Source: Gammaproteobacteria bacterium (GTDB taxonomy: Bacteria > Pseudomonadota > Gammaproteobacteria > G965277405). Taken from it: a stretch of DNA of 64,000 nt. The notes under the pieces are model-generated. The model was not told the origin of the DNA. It did not search any database and worked only from the letters and a program-made list of their open reading frames with translations. A program made the translations under genes and the position numbers. The stretch lies in assembly GCA_965277405.1 (NCBI GenBank), contig OZ255726.1:1760001-1824000 (forward strand), given 5' to 3'. Numbering within the stretch: the first letter of the stretch is position 1; each line of letters begins with the position of its first letter. This document shows positions 41,420-51,970 of the stretch, in pieces.

Positions 41420-43397
41420 ATATTAACTCTAAATTCCATTCAGTAAATGTATCGTCTGCAGTATCAGCGAAGTTATTATTTATGACTTTATTTTCTGCCG
41501 TTGAGATATCTGTTTTTGAAAATAAATCTTTCACAGTAATCATCCAATTCCCTTGAATAGGTTCATCATAAAAGGCATTTACTGCCATGGCAACATTCAT
41601 GGTAAAGGGTGTATTTTCATGCCCATTTCCTGCCGTATACACAGTATACGAAGTTCTAGAGGGAGACTGTAGCGATATTTCTATATCCTGTAAAGCGCTA
41701 GTAACTAACCCGAGTCTGATGCGCAAATGCTTGACGGTTCCAGTGTGAATGACATTGATAGTATCTGTAATTCCGTTAATGTTTTTGTTGCTTACAATAC
41801 TGTTCAATATTCCAGATGTTAACGCATCAGACTGCAACTGTTCTTTGCTAATAAAGTTGGTGTATGCACGTGCCATTGCTAATGCAGCGTCCACGTCTGC
41901 CAAACCGAAACCATACCAGTCGCTATAGTGATAGCCTGCAGCATTGGTAACCCAACCACGGTTGAATGTATAGCTCCCAAGCTGCTTATCAATGGTATAC
42001 TGGGTGGCGGTTTCATAACCTCTATCAATTTTTTTTGCTGTTTTTGCCAGAATATGACGGATGTCAAAGATCGTAAGCTCTGGGTTTTGTGACAGCAATA
42101 GCGCTACAACGCCAGATATTGTTGGCGTCGCAGCCGACGTTCCATTCGCCGTGCTCGTATAATTACAATCTGGGTTTTTATCATTGGCATGGTGCGCGCT
42201 ATTTGTAGGCCATACATAATCAAACTCGTTGAGCGAAGGGATATCAGTATGATCTTGATTTTCTCCATAATTTTCCCTGCTGTTGCCGTAGGTACAGCCC
42301 ATTAAGTCGGTAGTTATGATCGCTGGGTAACCGCTATAGGTAAAATCAGGGGAATTATCTCCTGCGCGTAATGTATAGCGGGTTTTCGCTAGCCCAAACT
42401 CACCGCCATAGCCACTGATCCATATATTGCTGCCAGCAGTCGAATAGCTCGATCGGATATTTTTCGTATTTACGGCTGCCACAACAAGAATCAGCTGACT
42501 GTTACTATCATCTTCGCCTGAATATTCACAACTAGAGCCAATTGCGATAGCACGAGTACAATTTTTTGGCTGATTATTATTATTCGAGTATCCTAGCAGG
42601 TATCCGTTACCTGCCGCCTTGACAAAAATAGTGCCGCGACCGCCGCGACCATTTTGAATTCTTTCCGCATAATTCTCATGAGATGATGAAGGAAATACCG
42701 CTGGAGCATTAAACGTATAACTTTGATTGACTACATCTGCAATTGCAAATGAAGCAATTTCATTCACAGTGCTTTGATACGACACATAGTTATAGCCAAG
42801 TAATTTTACTGATGGGGCAACGCCAAGTCCGCCTATTTGGTTATCAACCATGGCAATTATCCCTGCGACTATTGTGCCGTGTGATGCTGGTTTATCAGAG
42901 TCTGTTGCTGGCGATGGGTCAAGATTGCCACCAATTCCATCTGCAAAGTCATCTCCTATACGGGCATCAATATTCGCAGCGATATCAGGATGATGAATCT
43001 GTAACCCATTATCAACAACGGCGACTACCACACCTTGTCCTTTGCAGCCATATGTACGCCATGTTTTTGATAGATTCAATCCAAGTGGTTGCTTAAATAC
43101 ATTTGTATTCATCCCGAAATCAGTTTGTTCGGTGCTGCCACTTAAATGCCATTGATACTTTTCTAGCGGGTTGGTGTTTTCTTGAGAGACGGGATGGTGT
43201 GGCGTGCAATTACTTGTATGCAGTGATGGACTATCGACTGCATGTGTATCGGTTGCATGTGTATCGGTTGCATGTATTGTGCTGTCTGTCAGTATCGTTT
43301 TTTCTCCCTCGCATGCTGTTATTATTACCAGCATACATAGCAATACAGGCAGTTTAGTTATACTATGCAACCAACGCTCCATTCGCGGCAGAGACAT
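41406..43397 (-). CDS. Kexin/furin-like S8 serine protease with P-domain, probable lipoprotein
   Basis: Lipobox IITA-C, triad VVDNG / HGTIVAG / GTSAATP, oxyanion AAGN, YGFG and a C-terminal P-domain. Confidence 0.9.
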   Translation of the reverse strand: MSLPRMERWLHSITKLPVLLCMLVIITACEGEKTILTDSTIHATDTHATDTHAVDSPSLHTSNCTPHHPVSQENTNPLEKYQWHLSGSTEQTDFGMNTNVFKQPLGLNLSKTWRTYGCKGQGVVVAVVDNGLQIHHPDIAANIDARIGDDFADGIGGNLDPSPATDSDKPASHGTIVAGIIAMVDNQIGGLGVAPSVKLLGYNYVSYQSTVNEIASFAIADVVNQSYTFNAPAVFPSSSHENYAERIQNGRGGRGTIFVKAAGNGYLLGYSNNNNQPKNCTRAIAIGSSCEYSGEDDSNSQLILVVAAVNTKNIRSSYSTAGSNIWISGYGGEFGLAKTRYTLRAGDNSPDFTYSGYPAIITTDLMGCTYGNSRENYGENQDHTDIPSLNEFDYVWPTNSAHHANDKNPDCNYTSTANGTSAATPTISGVVALLLSQNPELTIFDIRHILAKTAKKIDRGYETATQYTIDKQLGSYTFNRGWVTNAAGYHYSDWYGFGLADVDAALAMARAYTNFISKEQLQSDALTSGILNSIVSNKNINGITDTINVIHTGTVKHLRIRLGLVTSALQDIEISLQSPSRTSYTVYTAGNGHENTPFTMNVAMAVNAFYDEPIQGNWMITVKDLFSKTDISTAENKVINNNFADTADDTFTEWNLELIYDPS

Positions 43398-43504
43398 ACA
43401 CACACCATTCTCAAAATTGATATTAGTGATAATAACACGCAATGCTGTACGTATGTGCTCATACTTGATATAAAGTTACTTTGAATATACAAACCATACA
43501 CAAT

Positions 43505-43524
43505 GGGACGTAATCAGAGGTTAC
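43505..43524 (+). mobile_element. IS5/MITE terminal repeat relic
   Basis: GGGACGTAATCAGAGGTTAC versus the IS end GGGACTTAATCAGAGGTTCC. Confidence 0.6.
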
Positions 43525-43551
43525 ATCGGCATAATTATCGGTATCGGCAAA

Positions 43552-43841
43552 GGAAGCTCTGATTAATGCCATGACTGGCGAGACGGAGAGAAAACACTGA
43601 TGAAACTTAAGCGCAGTGTGCAGATAATACTGGTGGTCTTGTGGGTGTTGCCAAGTGCAGTAACGACGGCGCGCAGCGTTTTTTCCCGTCGTTGTGTTGA
43701 ATATACTTTGGGTTTGCGGCAATTGCTTACGCTTGCTGTGTTGCATCCCTTGGCGTATATGCTACGGCATGCGCTTAGCGGTTTGCAATCATCAGCAATT
43801 GCAGGCAAATTCGCTCCATCAGCGAGTTAATCAGAGCTTCA
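43552..43841 (-). mobile_element. IS5-family-related MITE, 290 bp, reverse orientation
   Basis: GGAAGCTCTGATTAA ... TTAATCAGAGCTTCA, with an interior homologous to the other copies. Confidence 0.9.
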
Positions 43842-43911
43842 TAAAGTAACTGACGCTATCGCAGCTCGTTGCATTTAACTTGTGATTCAACTTGTGATTT
43901 AATTGGGGCGC

Positions 43912-43940
43912 TTGCAAATCCTTAGCACTGACCATACTAT
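43912..43940 (+). promoter_or_regulatory. Candidate sigma70 promoter for surA
   Basis: TTGCAA-N17-TACTAT immediately upstream of the TTG start at 43959. Confidence 0.4.
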
Positions 43941-43958
43941 TCATTTTTTTCTCTGTTA

Positions 43959-45203
43959 TTGATATTGCCTGTGCGACTACTTATTCTCCTTACCATTATT
44001 GCCTACAGTAGCACTACTGCAGCGCAACGCATCAACAGTATCGCCATCATTATCAATGACCACGCAATTTTGCAAACCACATACGCTGCACAACTGCAAC
44101 GCAACACAACTCTTTGGCAACGGCTCAACCCTGACAAGCAAGCTGATGCATTGCTGCTCAAAGAACAAACTATACGTAATATTGTTGAAACTCAAATTCA
44201 ACTCGAAGAAGCCAAGCGGATTGGCATTCGTGTTCCAGATAGCGCCATCAACGAACAACTCAATGCAATTGCCCTACGCGAAAACCTGACTCCAGCAGAG
44301 CTGCAACAACACATTATTAAAGAGTTCGGCTCCATTTTAAATTATCGCAAAGACCTGCAAAATAGTATTGTGATACAGGAGCTGCAACGGATCCACATTC
44401 GCCAACGCATCACTATTTCAGATGCCGAAATTCGCAGTTTTTTAGCAACTACTGCTGGGCGATCTGTCGCTAATTTACAATATTCGTTTAGCTACGTGCG
44501 CATACCAAAAGCTGCCAATGATAAACAGAATATATATCAACAAATCAGTGATATCCTGCATGAAGATGCAACAGTAGCGCAACGGCAAGCAACGCTGGGC
44601 AGCCTTGATGTATTCAGCAAGTATTTTGAAAAACGCCCACTTGCCGACATCCCAACTGTTATCCAAGACATTGTTCCGCTGCAATCACTCAATACAATAT
44701 CGCCACCAATCAAGAATGACCGCGGTTGGCATATTATTCAAGTACAGGAAATCGGCGGGATTACTCCTAAATTTGAAGAACAAATACATACACGCCATAT
44801 TTTACTAATCCCAAATATCGTGCGTGATGATGCGCAAATTCGACTCCAACTTGAGGAGATTCGCAACAGTATTCAACAAGGTGGAGACTTTGCTGAAAGT
44901 GTGTATTTAAACAGCGATGATAGCCAGTCAAGGCATAATGGTGGTGATTTAGGCTGGAAGCCGTACAACGCAAAGTTTGCATCAATTACATCAACTTTAC
45001 CAATTGGCGTTATCAGTGAGCCATTTGCAACCAACATTGGCTGGCATATTGCAGAAGTACTCGGCAGAAAAAAAATAGACATTAGTGTCGATCAAGAATT
45101 TCAGAGCATTCGTGAATTATTATTCAAGCAAAAACTTGCCGACGAGTTGCCCAGGTGGATAAACGAGCTCAAAGGCCGCGCATATATTGACATCCGTGTA
45201 TAA
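43959..45203 (+). CDS. surA: Periplasmic chaperone/PPIase SurA (diverged)
   Basis: Signal peptide, SurA N-domain, parvulin RHILL...GGDLGW...GWHI, terminal AYIDIR and position upstream of rsmA. Confidence 0.85.
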   Translation: MILPVRLLILLTIIAYSSTTAAQRINSIAIIINDHAILQTTYAAQLQRNTTLWQRLNPDKQADALLLKEQTIRNIVETQIQLEEAKRIGIRVPDSAINEQLNAIALRENLTPAELQQHIIKEFGSILNYRKDLQNSIVIQELQRIHIRQRITISDAEIRSFLATTAGRSVANLQYSFSYVRIPKAANDKQNIYQQISDILHEDATVAQRQATLGSLDVFSKYFEKRPLADIPTVIQDIVPLQSLNTISPPIKNDRGWHIIQVQEIGGITPKFEEQIHTRHILLIPNIVRDDAQIRLQLEEIRNSIQQGGDFAESVYLNSDDSQSRHNGGDLGWKPYNAKFASITSTLPIGVISEPFATNIGWHIAEVLGRKKIDISVDQEFQSIRELLFKQKLADELPRWINELKGRAYIDIRV

Positions 45204-45233
45204 CAATAGCGACTCATCAAAGCTTCCCTCTAA

Positions 45234-45524
45234 GGAACCTCTGATTAAGTCCATGATGGGCGAGACGGAGAAAAAACGCTGATGAAACTTAAGCGCAGTG
45301 CGCAGATAATACTGGTGGTCTTGTGGGTGTTGCCAAGTGCTGCAACGACGGCGCGCAGCGTTTTTTCCCAGCCTTCTGTTGAATATATAACGGTTTGCGG
45401 CAGCGGTACTTGCTGTGTTGCATCCCTTGGCGTATAGCTAGGTCATGCGCTCAGCGATTTGCGCCTTGCAATCATCAGCAATTGCTAGCAAACTCGCCCC
45501 ATCAGCGAGTTAATCAGAGCTTCC
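45234..45524 (-). mobile_element. IS5-family-related MITE, 291 bp, reverse orientation
   Basis: TIRs GGAACCTCTGATTAAG / GTTAATCAGAGCTTCC, with CTAA at 45230-45233 and 45525-45528. Confidence 0.93.
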
Positions 45525-45536
45525 CTAAGCTGGCGT

Positions 45537-46289
45537 ATGCGACCACACAAAGCATTAGGGCAACACTTTTTAATTGATACGAATGTTATAGACGATTTGG
45601 TAGCCCATATCCACCCACAACCTGAAGAACAGATATTAGAGATAGGCGCAGGTACTGGGGCGCTTACTCAAGCATTATTGCGCCAAAAAGCACATATTGT
45701 TGCAATAGAGTTTGACCAGCGCCTGGTGCAGTTACTTATCCATAAATATGCTGGTTCTCGCTGCTCAATTGTAGCTGCAAACGCCCAGACATTTGACTAT
45801 GCGCAACATCAAATCAGCCACATTGTTGGAAATTTACCGTATAATATTGCCAGCCAAATTATTTTACAAATGCTCCCAACACCACACTGGCAGCGGGCAA
45901 CATTCCTCGTTCAATATGAAATGGCAACCAGACTTTGTGCTGAGCCAAACAACAAAAATTTTGGCAGATTTACCCTGATGTGTAGATTTTGGTGCTCTGC
46001 AAAACGCATTTTTGATGTAGCTGCCGAATCATTTAACCCCGCACCAAAAGTCAATTCTTCAGTTGTAGAATTGACCGCGCAACGTGTATATGATCCAGAT
46101 TTGTATCAGCAATTTGCCTTATTGGTGAAAACTGGATTTAGTAGCCGCCGTAAGATAGTAGCTAATACTTTACGGATAATTGCATCTGTAGATCAGTTGA
46201 AATCGGTCGACATTGACCCAAGCCTCCGCGCTGAAAACATTCCATTTGAGGGTTGGTATCAACTCGCAAAACTGTTGCATAGCGCCTAA
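45537..46289 (+). CDS. rsmA: 16S rRNA m6,2A dimethyltransferase
   Basis: KALGQHFL, LEIGAGTG, GNLPYNI and FNPAPKVNS. Confidence 0.93.
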   Translation: MRPHKALGQHFLIDTNVIDDLVAHIHPQPEEQILEIGAGTGALTQALLRQKAHIVAIEFDQRLVQLLIHKYAGSRCSIVAANAQTFDYAQHQISHIVGNLPYNIASQIILQMLPTPHWQRATFLVQYEMATRLCAEPNNKNFGRFTLMCRFWCSAKRIFDVAAESFNPAPKVNSSVVELTAQRVYDPDLYQQFALLVKTGFSSRRKIVANTLRIIASVDQLKSVDIDPSLRAENIPFEGWYQLAKLLHSA

Positions 46290-46374
46290 AACATTTTGCA
46301 TAATGCTCTGCCATACTGGCTGTTTTTAGTATAATTTATCAGCTAGTACGTACCATATATATCTGCTATCATTT

Positions 46375-47229
46375 ATGAATTTAAGCAACCAACGCCACTT
46401 CATCATCGGTGATATCCAAGGCTGTTATGACGCGATGTGCACCGCGCTTGAGGCAGTAGGCTTTTGTAAGCAAACAGACTGCCTTTGGTGCATTGGTGAT
46501 GTCGTCAACCGTGGTGGTCAATCATTACAAGTGCTTGAATACCTCTATCATTTACCCAATCGACGCTTGGTACTTGGCAACCACGATATCCACTTGCTTA
46601 GATTGTGGAAAACAGGAATAACCCCACCACATAAGGATCGTGAATTAACAGCAATCCTTGCTAGCCCAAACCGTAAAGTATTATTGAAATGGTTGTTGCA
46701 ACAACCGCTGATTCACAGCGAAGTCATCGCTGCTAAAACCCATACGATGGTGCATGCAGGTTGGCCACCAATCTGGTCACTGGAGCAAGCCCAACAGTAC
46801 GCAGCGCAACTCCAAACCCATTTGCAGCAATTATCAGCACAAGGTTGGGTCAATATTTGGGGAAATTCACCAGCGCGATTCGCCGATGCCGACAGCAAAA
46901 AAAAACAAATGCGCTACATCCTCAATGCTTTAACCAGAATTCGTTATGTACAAGCAAATGGTACATTACAGCTCAGCAGCAGACGCTACACGCTGCAATT
47001 TAGCGCGTTTCGATCATGGTTTCACTTTCCACTGCGCACCAATTGCGATTACGTGTATTTTGGACATTGGGCAGCGTTGCAACGCGCGATAGGTATTAAT
47101 AAAGAAGATGTGATTTATCATGGAGCCACCAAGTTTACTGGGACGGATAGCGGCTATGTATGGGGAGGCAAGTTAACGATCATCAATATGCAAACCCAGG
47201 AAGTATTCAACATAGCTGCAAAAAAATAA
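46375..47229 (+). CDS. apaH: Symmetrical bis(5'-nucleosyl)-tetraphosphatase
   Basis: GDIQGC, GDVVNRG, LGNHD, VHAG, FGHWA and DSGYVWGG. Confidence 0.92.
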   Translation: MNLSNQRHFIIGDIQGCYDAMCTALEAVGFCKQTDCLWCIGDVVNRGGQSLQVLEYLYHLPNRRLVLGNHDIHLLRLWKTGITPPHKDRELTAILASPNRKVLLKWLLQQPLIHSEVIAAKTHTMVHAGWPPIWSLEQAQQYAAQLQTHLQQLSAQGWVNIWGNSPARFADADSKKKQMRYILNALTRIRYVQANGTLQLSSRRYTLQFSAFRSWFHFPLRTNCDYVYFGHWAALQRAIGINKEDVIYHGATKFTGTDSGYVWGGKLTIINMQTQEVFNIAAKK

Positions 47230-47236
47230 CCCACAG

Positions 47237-47252
47237 TGAAGCTCTGATTAAC
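47237..47252 (+). mobile_element. Solo MITE/IS terminal repeat
   Basis: TGAAGCTCTGATTAAC lies between the convergent apaH and gltB genes. Confidence 0.65.
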
Positions 47253-47320
47253 ATGTTACTGTAGCCGCGTAGATATCAATGTTGGGTGCTTGCGGCTGCA
47301 ATACAGCGGATGGTCATAGC

Positions 47321-50300
47321 TTAACTGGCTTGTTGCAATGGCAAACTAACAAATGTTGACAGCAACTGTTGCTGTGCTATTCCATGAGGACGGACAAGAA
47401 AAAAATGTGGAGAATATAGTTTAAACCGCTTCAATATATCACCAACAATTCCACACCCAGTTGCATGGTGATAGGCATGCAGTGAATCGAGTAAATATTG
47501 CTGATGTTCACCCACAGGCACTGGCTCACCAACCACATCTTGCACGTTTAGGCGTTGTTGTAAGTCCTGATTGACATCCCAAACATACGCAAAACCACCA
47601 CTCATCCCCGCGCCAAAGTTATCGCCAACACCTCCCATAACAATAACACTGCCGCCAGTCATATATTCACAGCAGTGATCACCAGCACCAAGAATAACGG
47701 CATGTGCTCCAGAATTACGCACTGCAAACCGCTCTCCAGCAAGCCCTGTTACGTATAAAGTGCCGCCAGTTGCTCCATACAGACAGGTGTTCCCTATAAT
47801 CGGTGTTTCATGGGTTTTGTCGTTTTTCAATGCAACAACAGCCACGCTACCACCAGTCATCCCCTTGCCGACATAGTCATTGGCGCAACCCGTTAAATGC
47901 AACCGCATTCCACTGACATTCCATGCGCCAAAACTCTGTCCTGCCACGCCAGTAAAGTGCAAATATAGCGGCGCATGAGCCATGCCGTGGTTGCCATGGA
48001 GTTTGGCAATATCACCTGCAAGCATTGCCCCAATCGAACGATGCGCATTGTGTATGGTGTATGAGAACGTACCTCCCAAACAATTCGCAACGGCATGTTG
48101 GGTATCTGCAGCTATTCGCTTTGCCAATAGCGCTTGATCTTTTGGTTCATTAAACGGTAATGTGTGGGGTTGATCGCAAAACTGCGGTGTTGATTTTGGG
48201 CAATAATCCTCAATTAAAAGTCGACCTAAATCAATATTGCGCTGGCTGTTGGTGTGTCCTGGAATTTGCTCTAGCAGTTCAACCTTACCGATAATTTCCT
48301 GCAAATTTGTATAGCCAAGTGCTGCCAGCCATTCCCGCGTTTCTTGCGCGATTGATTGAAATAAAAATACCACTGCGGCTACGGTACCTTTGAAGTAATC
48401 CTCGCGCAAACGCTCCTGCTGGGTGGCGATGCCCGTTGCGCAATTATTTAAATGACAAATGCGCAAGTATTTGCAACCCATTGCAATCATTGGTGCTGTC
48501 CCAAACCCAAAGCTTTCAGCACCAAGAATTGCCGCTTTAACCACATCTAGTCCTGTTTTTAGACCACCGTCGGTTTGTAAGCGGACACGGTGGCGCATCC
48601 CGTTGATTCTGAGTGCTTGGTGGGTCTCGCTCAAGCCGAGTTCCCACGGTGTTCCTGCGTGATGAATTGATGTGAGCGGACTAGCGCCAGTGCCACCATC
48701 GTAGCCTGAAATAGTAATTAAATCCGCATACGATTTTGCCACGCCACAGGCGACTGTGCCGACACCTGGCGCCGCCACAAGTTTTACCGAAACCAGCGCG
48801 CTTGGATTGACCTGTTTTAAATCAAATATAAGTTGCGCTAAATCCTCAATAGAATAAATATCATGATGCGGAGGGGGGGAAATCAATGTTATCCCCGGCA
48901 CGCTGTAGCGAAGTTTTGCTATCAGTGAATTTACTTTAGGGCCAGGGAGCTGCCCGCCTTCACCAGGCTTTGCACCTTGTGCTATTTTAATTTGAATTAC
49001 TTCTGCATTGACAAGATACGCGGCGGTAACGCCAAAACGCCCCGATGCAACTTGCTTGATTTTTGAGCGTCGCGGGCTGTTATGCCGCTGTGGGTCTTCT
49101 CCGCCTTCTCCAGAATTTGACCTGCCTCCAATAATATTCATGGCTTGTGCAAGCATTTGATGTGCTTCTGGTGATAATGCACCAAGTGACATTGCTGCTG
49201 AATCAAAGCGCCACAGAATATCTGCAATAGGCTCTACTGTGGCAATATCGATGGCTGCTGTATTGCTACGTAATTTGAGTAAATCACGCAGGAATGCTGG
49301 ATTGCGGGTGTTGACTGCGTTTGCATACTCTTGGTATAACGCTGCATCTTGCGACGCCGTAGCTTTGCGCAGCAACTCAACCACATCAGGGTTATACGCA
49401 TGGTATTCACCACCATGGATGTATTTGAGTTTGCCCCCTTGTTCTAATGGTCGGTGTTGCAAATATGCTAATGCCGCAATACTGCGAGCGTTGCGGTCTA
49501 GTTGTAACCAATGCGAACCTTGAATCCGACTCGCGCTACCTCTAAAACAATCGCTTACTACTTCTTGGTCTAACCCAATAATTTCAAATAACTGCGCACA
49601 GCGATAAGAAGCAACGCATGAAATCCCCATTTTCGACATTATTTTCAGCAGTCCCTTATTAATAGCTTTAATAAAGTTTTGCTCACCATTTGCTTCAGTT
49701 TTCTGTGTTGTGGAAATCAACCCTAAGCGCATCGAAGTAGATTGTCGCACCATTGCATACGCTAAATACGGATATATCAAACTTGCGCCATAGCCGATCA
49801 GCACTGCGCATTGATGCGGGTCACGAGCATAGCCAGTTTCTACCACAATATTGGCGTCGGCGCGCACATGTTCATCTACCAAGTGATGGTTGATCGCGCC
49901 AACTGCAAGGAGCGGATGAATCAACGCCTCAGTTTGTTTGACTTTGCGGTCACTGATAATCAGCACGACTGCCTTGTTGTGGCGAACCCTATACGCTGCT
50001 TCGTCGCGTAAATTATGCACGGCATCGCGTAGCTTCATTTTTTGTGGGTTATACGCCAAACTAAGTTTGGCAACTTTCAAATACTGTTGCCGCTTAATTG
50101 CACGGATTTGTTGTGGATTGATTATCGGAGAATCAAAAGAAATAAAATCTACAGCGTCATGAATGTCAAATACTTGCCGCATGCGCCCAAGCGTAGTATC
50201 GAGCGACATTACTTTTGTTTCGCGCAAAGAATCGATGGCAGGATTAGTGATTTGTGCAAACAATTGCCGAAAATAATCACTCAACAATTGGTTTTTTTCA

Positions 50301-51796
50301 GACATTACTGCCAGTGGGGTATCGTCACCCATCGCCCCTGTCGCTTCTTCGCCAGTGCCCACTAATGGCGTAAAGACTTGTTCAACTTCCTCATATGTAC
50401 ATTGAAATAATTTTTGATAGGCGTGCAGATTTTGTGTGACATCGTCTAGCTTGTCTGGTTTACCAAGCTTGAGCTCTTTCTTGTCTGTGTCGAGTAATTT
50501 TTGGTAGTCGTGGGCAGCAGCAAGCTGCGCATCGATGGCAGTAGTGGTCAATATCTCACCAGTTTTAGTGTCAATTGCGAGCATTTCTCCAGGACCAATG
50601 CGACCTTGTTGCACAAGGTCTGCCAATGCAAAGCGATTAACCCCAATCTCAGAAGCAATCGTCATAATATCATCGTTGGTACGTACCCAACGCGCCGGAC
50701 GCAAACCGTTGCGGTCCAATGCACACACCGCATATCTGCCATCGGTGAACACCAGCCCAGCTGGTCCATCCCACGGCTCCATTTTAAGGGAGTTAAATAC
50801 GTGGAAGGCGCGAACTGCAGGGCTATAATCTTGGTTATTTTGCCATGCTGGCGGTACAATCATGCGCACCGCTTGCAACATATTCATCCCGCCATGTACT
50901 AATAAGCGTAGTAGCTGGTCGATTGATGCTGAGTCTGAACAATCCTCGCGCACCAGCGGTTCGAGTTCTTCAATCTCACCAAGTTTGCTTGAAATAAACT
51001 TGCGTAATTTTGACTTTACCCAGTTTCTATTGCCAGTAATCGTATTAATTTCACCGTTGTGGGCAAGAAAATGAAACGGCTGTGCTAAATCCCAACTCGG
51101 CGAAGTATTCGTAGAAAACCGTTGGTGGAATAAACAAATTGCGGTCTCCATATCAGGACTTTGCAAGTCTTGATAATACAAAGGAAGATCTGCTGGCAAG
51201 GTTAGCCCTTTGTATGACAGCACTTTGGATGAAAAACTTGCAACATAGAAGTCAATATCGCGGCGTTTGCTATTTTGCCCAATAATTTTTTGCGCTTTGC
51301 GCACAATTTTGTATAACTGGCATTCAAATGCGGCGCGGTCAGTTTGTCTGGTATCCACAAATGCCTGCATCACCTTTGGCTCATTGATTTTAGCCATTGA
51401 TCCCAGCACCGATGGATCAACAGGCACTGCACGCCAGCCAACAAAGTTAATCAATGATTCCTTGGCTATTTCACGTTCAAATTGGCGTTGTGACAGGCGA
51501 AACATCGCGCCATCGCTGCTAAAAAAAATCATGCCAACAGCAAACATTGGTTGCAAGGCAACGCCAAACAAGGTTTGCGCTTGCCCACGCATAAATTTTT
51601 CAGGCATCTGCATTAATAAACCACAGCCATCGCCGGTTTTACCGTCTGCATTTACTCCACCGCGGTGGGTCACGCAGGTGAGTGAGGCCATCGAGCGCTG
51701 TAGCAACGCATTACTTGGCTGACCCTGTAAATGAACCATAACCCCAAAACCACAATTGGCTTTGGCTTGGTCGTGACTGTATAACGGATTACTCAT
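47321..51796 (-). CDS. gltB: Glutamate synthase large subunit
   Basis: N-terminal CGFG, HQRFSTNT, AHNGEINT, QGAKPGEGG, CKYLRICHLNNC and a GXGXG domain. Confidence 0.97.
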   Translation of the reverse strand: MSNPLYSHDQAKANCGFGVMVHLQGQPSNALLQRSMASLTCVTHRGGVNADGKTGDGCGLLMQMPEKFMRGQAQTLFGVALQPMFAVGMIFFSSDGAMFRLSQRQFEREIAKESLINFVGWRAVPVDPSVLGSMAKINEPKVMQAFVDTRQTDRAAFECQLYKIVRKAQKIIGQNSKRRDIDFYVASFSSKVLSYKGLTLPADLPLYYQDLQSPDMETAICLFHQRFSTNTSPSWDLAQPFHFLAHNGEINTITGNRNWVKSKLRKFISSKLGEIEELEPLVREDCSDSASIDQLLRLLVHGGMNMLQAVRMIVPPAWQNNQDYSPAVRAFHVFNSLKMEPWDGPAGLVFTDGRYAVCALDRNGLRPARWVRTNDDIMTIASEIGVNRFALADLVQQGRIGPGEMLAIDTKTGEILTTTAIDAQLAAAHDYQKLLDTDKKELKLGKPDKLDDVTQNLHAYQKLFQCTYEEVEQVFTPLVGTGEEATGAMGDDTPLAVMSEKNQLLSDYFRQLFAQITNPAIDSLRETKVMSLDTTLGRMRQVFDIHDAVDFISFDSPIINPQQIRAIKRQQYLKVAKLSLAYNPQKMKLRDAVHNLRDEAAYRVRHNKAVVLIISDRKVKQTEALIHPLLAVGAINHHLVDEHVRADANIVVETGYARDPHQCAVLIGYGASLIYPYLAYAMVRQSTSMRLGLISTTQKTEANGEQNFIKAINKGLLKIMSKMGISCVASYRCAQLFEIIGLDQEVVSDCFRGSASRIQGSHWLQLDRNARSIAALAYLQHRPLEQGGKLKYIHGGEYHAYNPDVVELLRKATASQDAALYQEYANAVNTRNPAFLRDLLKLRSNTAAIDIATVEPIADILWRFDSAAMSLGALSPEAHQMLAQAMNIIGGRSNSGEGGEDPQRHNSPRRSKIKQVASGRFGVTAAYLVNAEVIQIKIAQGAKPGEGGQLPGPKVNSLIAKLRYSVPGITLISPPPHHDIYSIEDLAQLIFDLKQVNPSALVSVKLVAAPGVGTVACGVAKSYADLITISGYDGGTGASPLTSIHHAGTPWELGLSETHQALRINGMRHRVRLQTDGGLKTGLDVVKAAILGAESFGFGTAPMIAMGCKYLRICHLNNCATGIATQQERLREDYFKGTVAAVVFLFQSIAQETREWLAALGYTNLQEIIGKVELLEQIPGHTNSQRNIDLGRLLIEDYCPKSTPQFCDQPHTLPFNEPKDQALLAKRIAADTQHAVANCLGGTFSYTIHNAHRSIGAMLAGDIAKLHGNHGMAHAPLYLHFTGVAGQSFGAWNVSGMRLHLTGCANDYVGKGMTGGSVAVVALKNDKTHETPIIGNTCLYGATGGTLYVTGLAGERFAVRNSGAHAVILGAGDHCCEYMTGGSVIVMGGVGDNFGAGMSGGFAYVWDVNQDLQQRLNVQDVVGEPVPVGEHQQYLLDSLHAYHHATGCGIVGDILKRFKLYSPHFFLVRPHGIAQQQLLSTFVSLPLQQAS

Positions 51797-51970
51797 GTGG
51801 ATACGGACAGATTATATGAACCAATACACTAGCAATAAAAGGAAATAACGTACTCAAAGTACAGAGCATATCTAACCCCCGCACGCTGGACGCAATCTAA
51901 CATACAGTTTAACCGTGTCTTTGCAACAATAGCGCAGCTATACAGCTATTGGCGGATGTATTGGTCTTAA

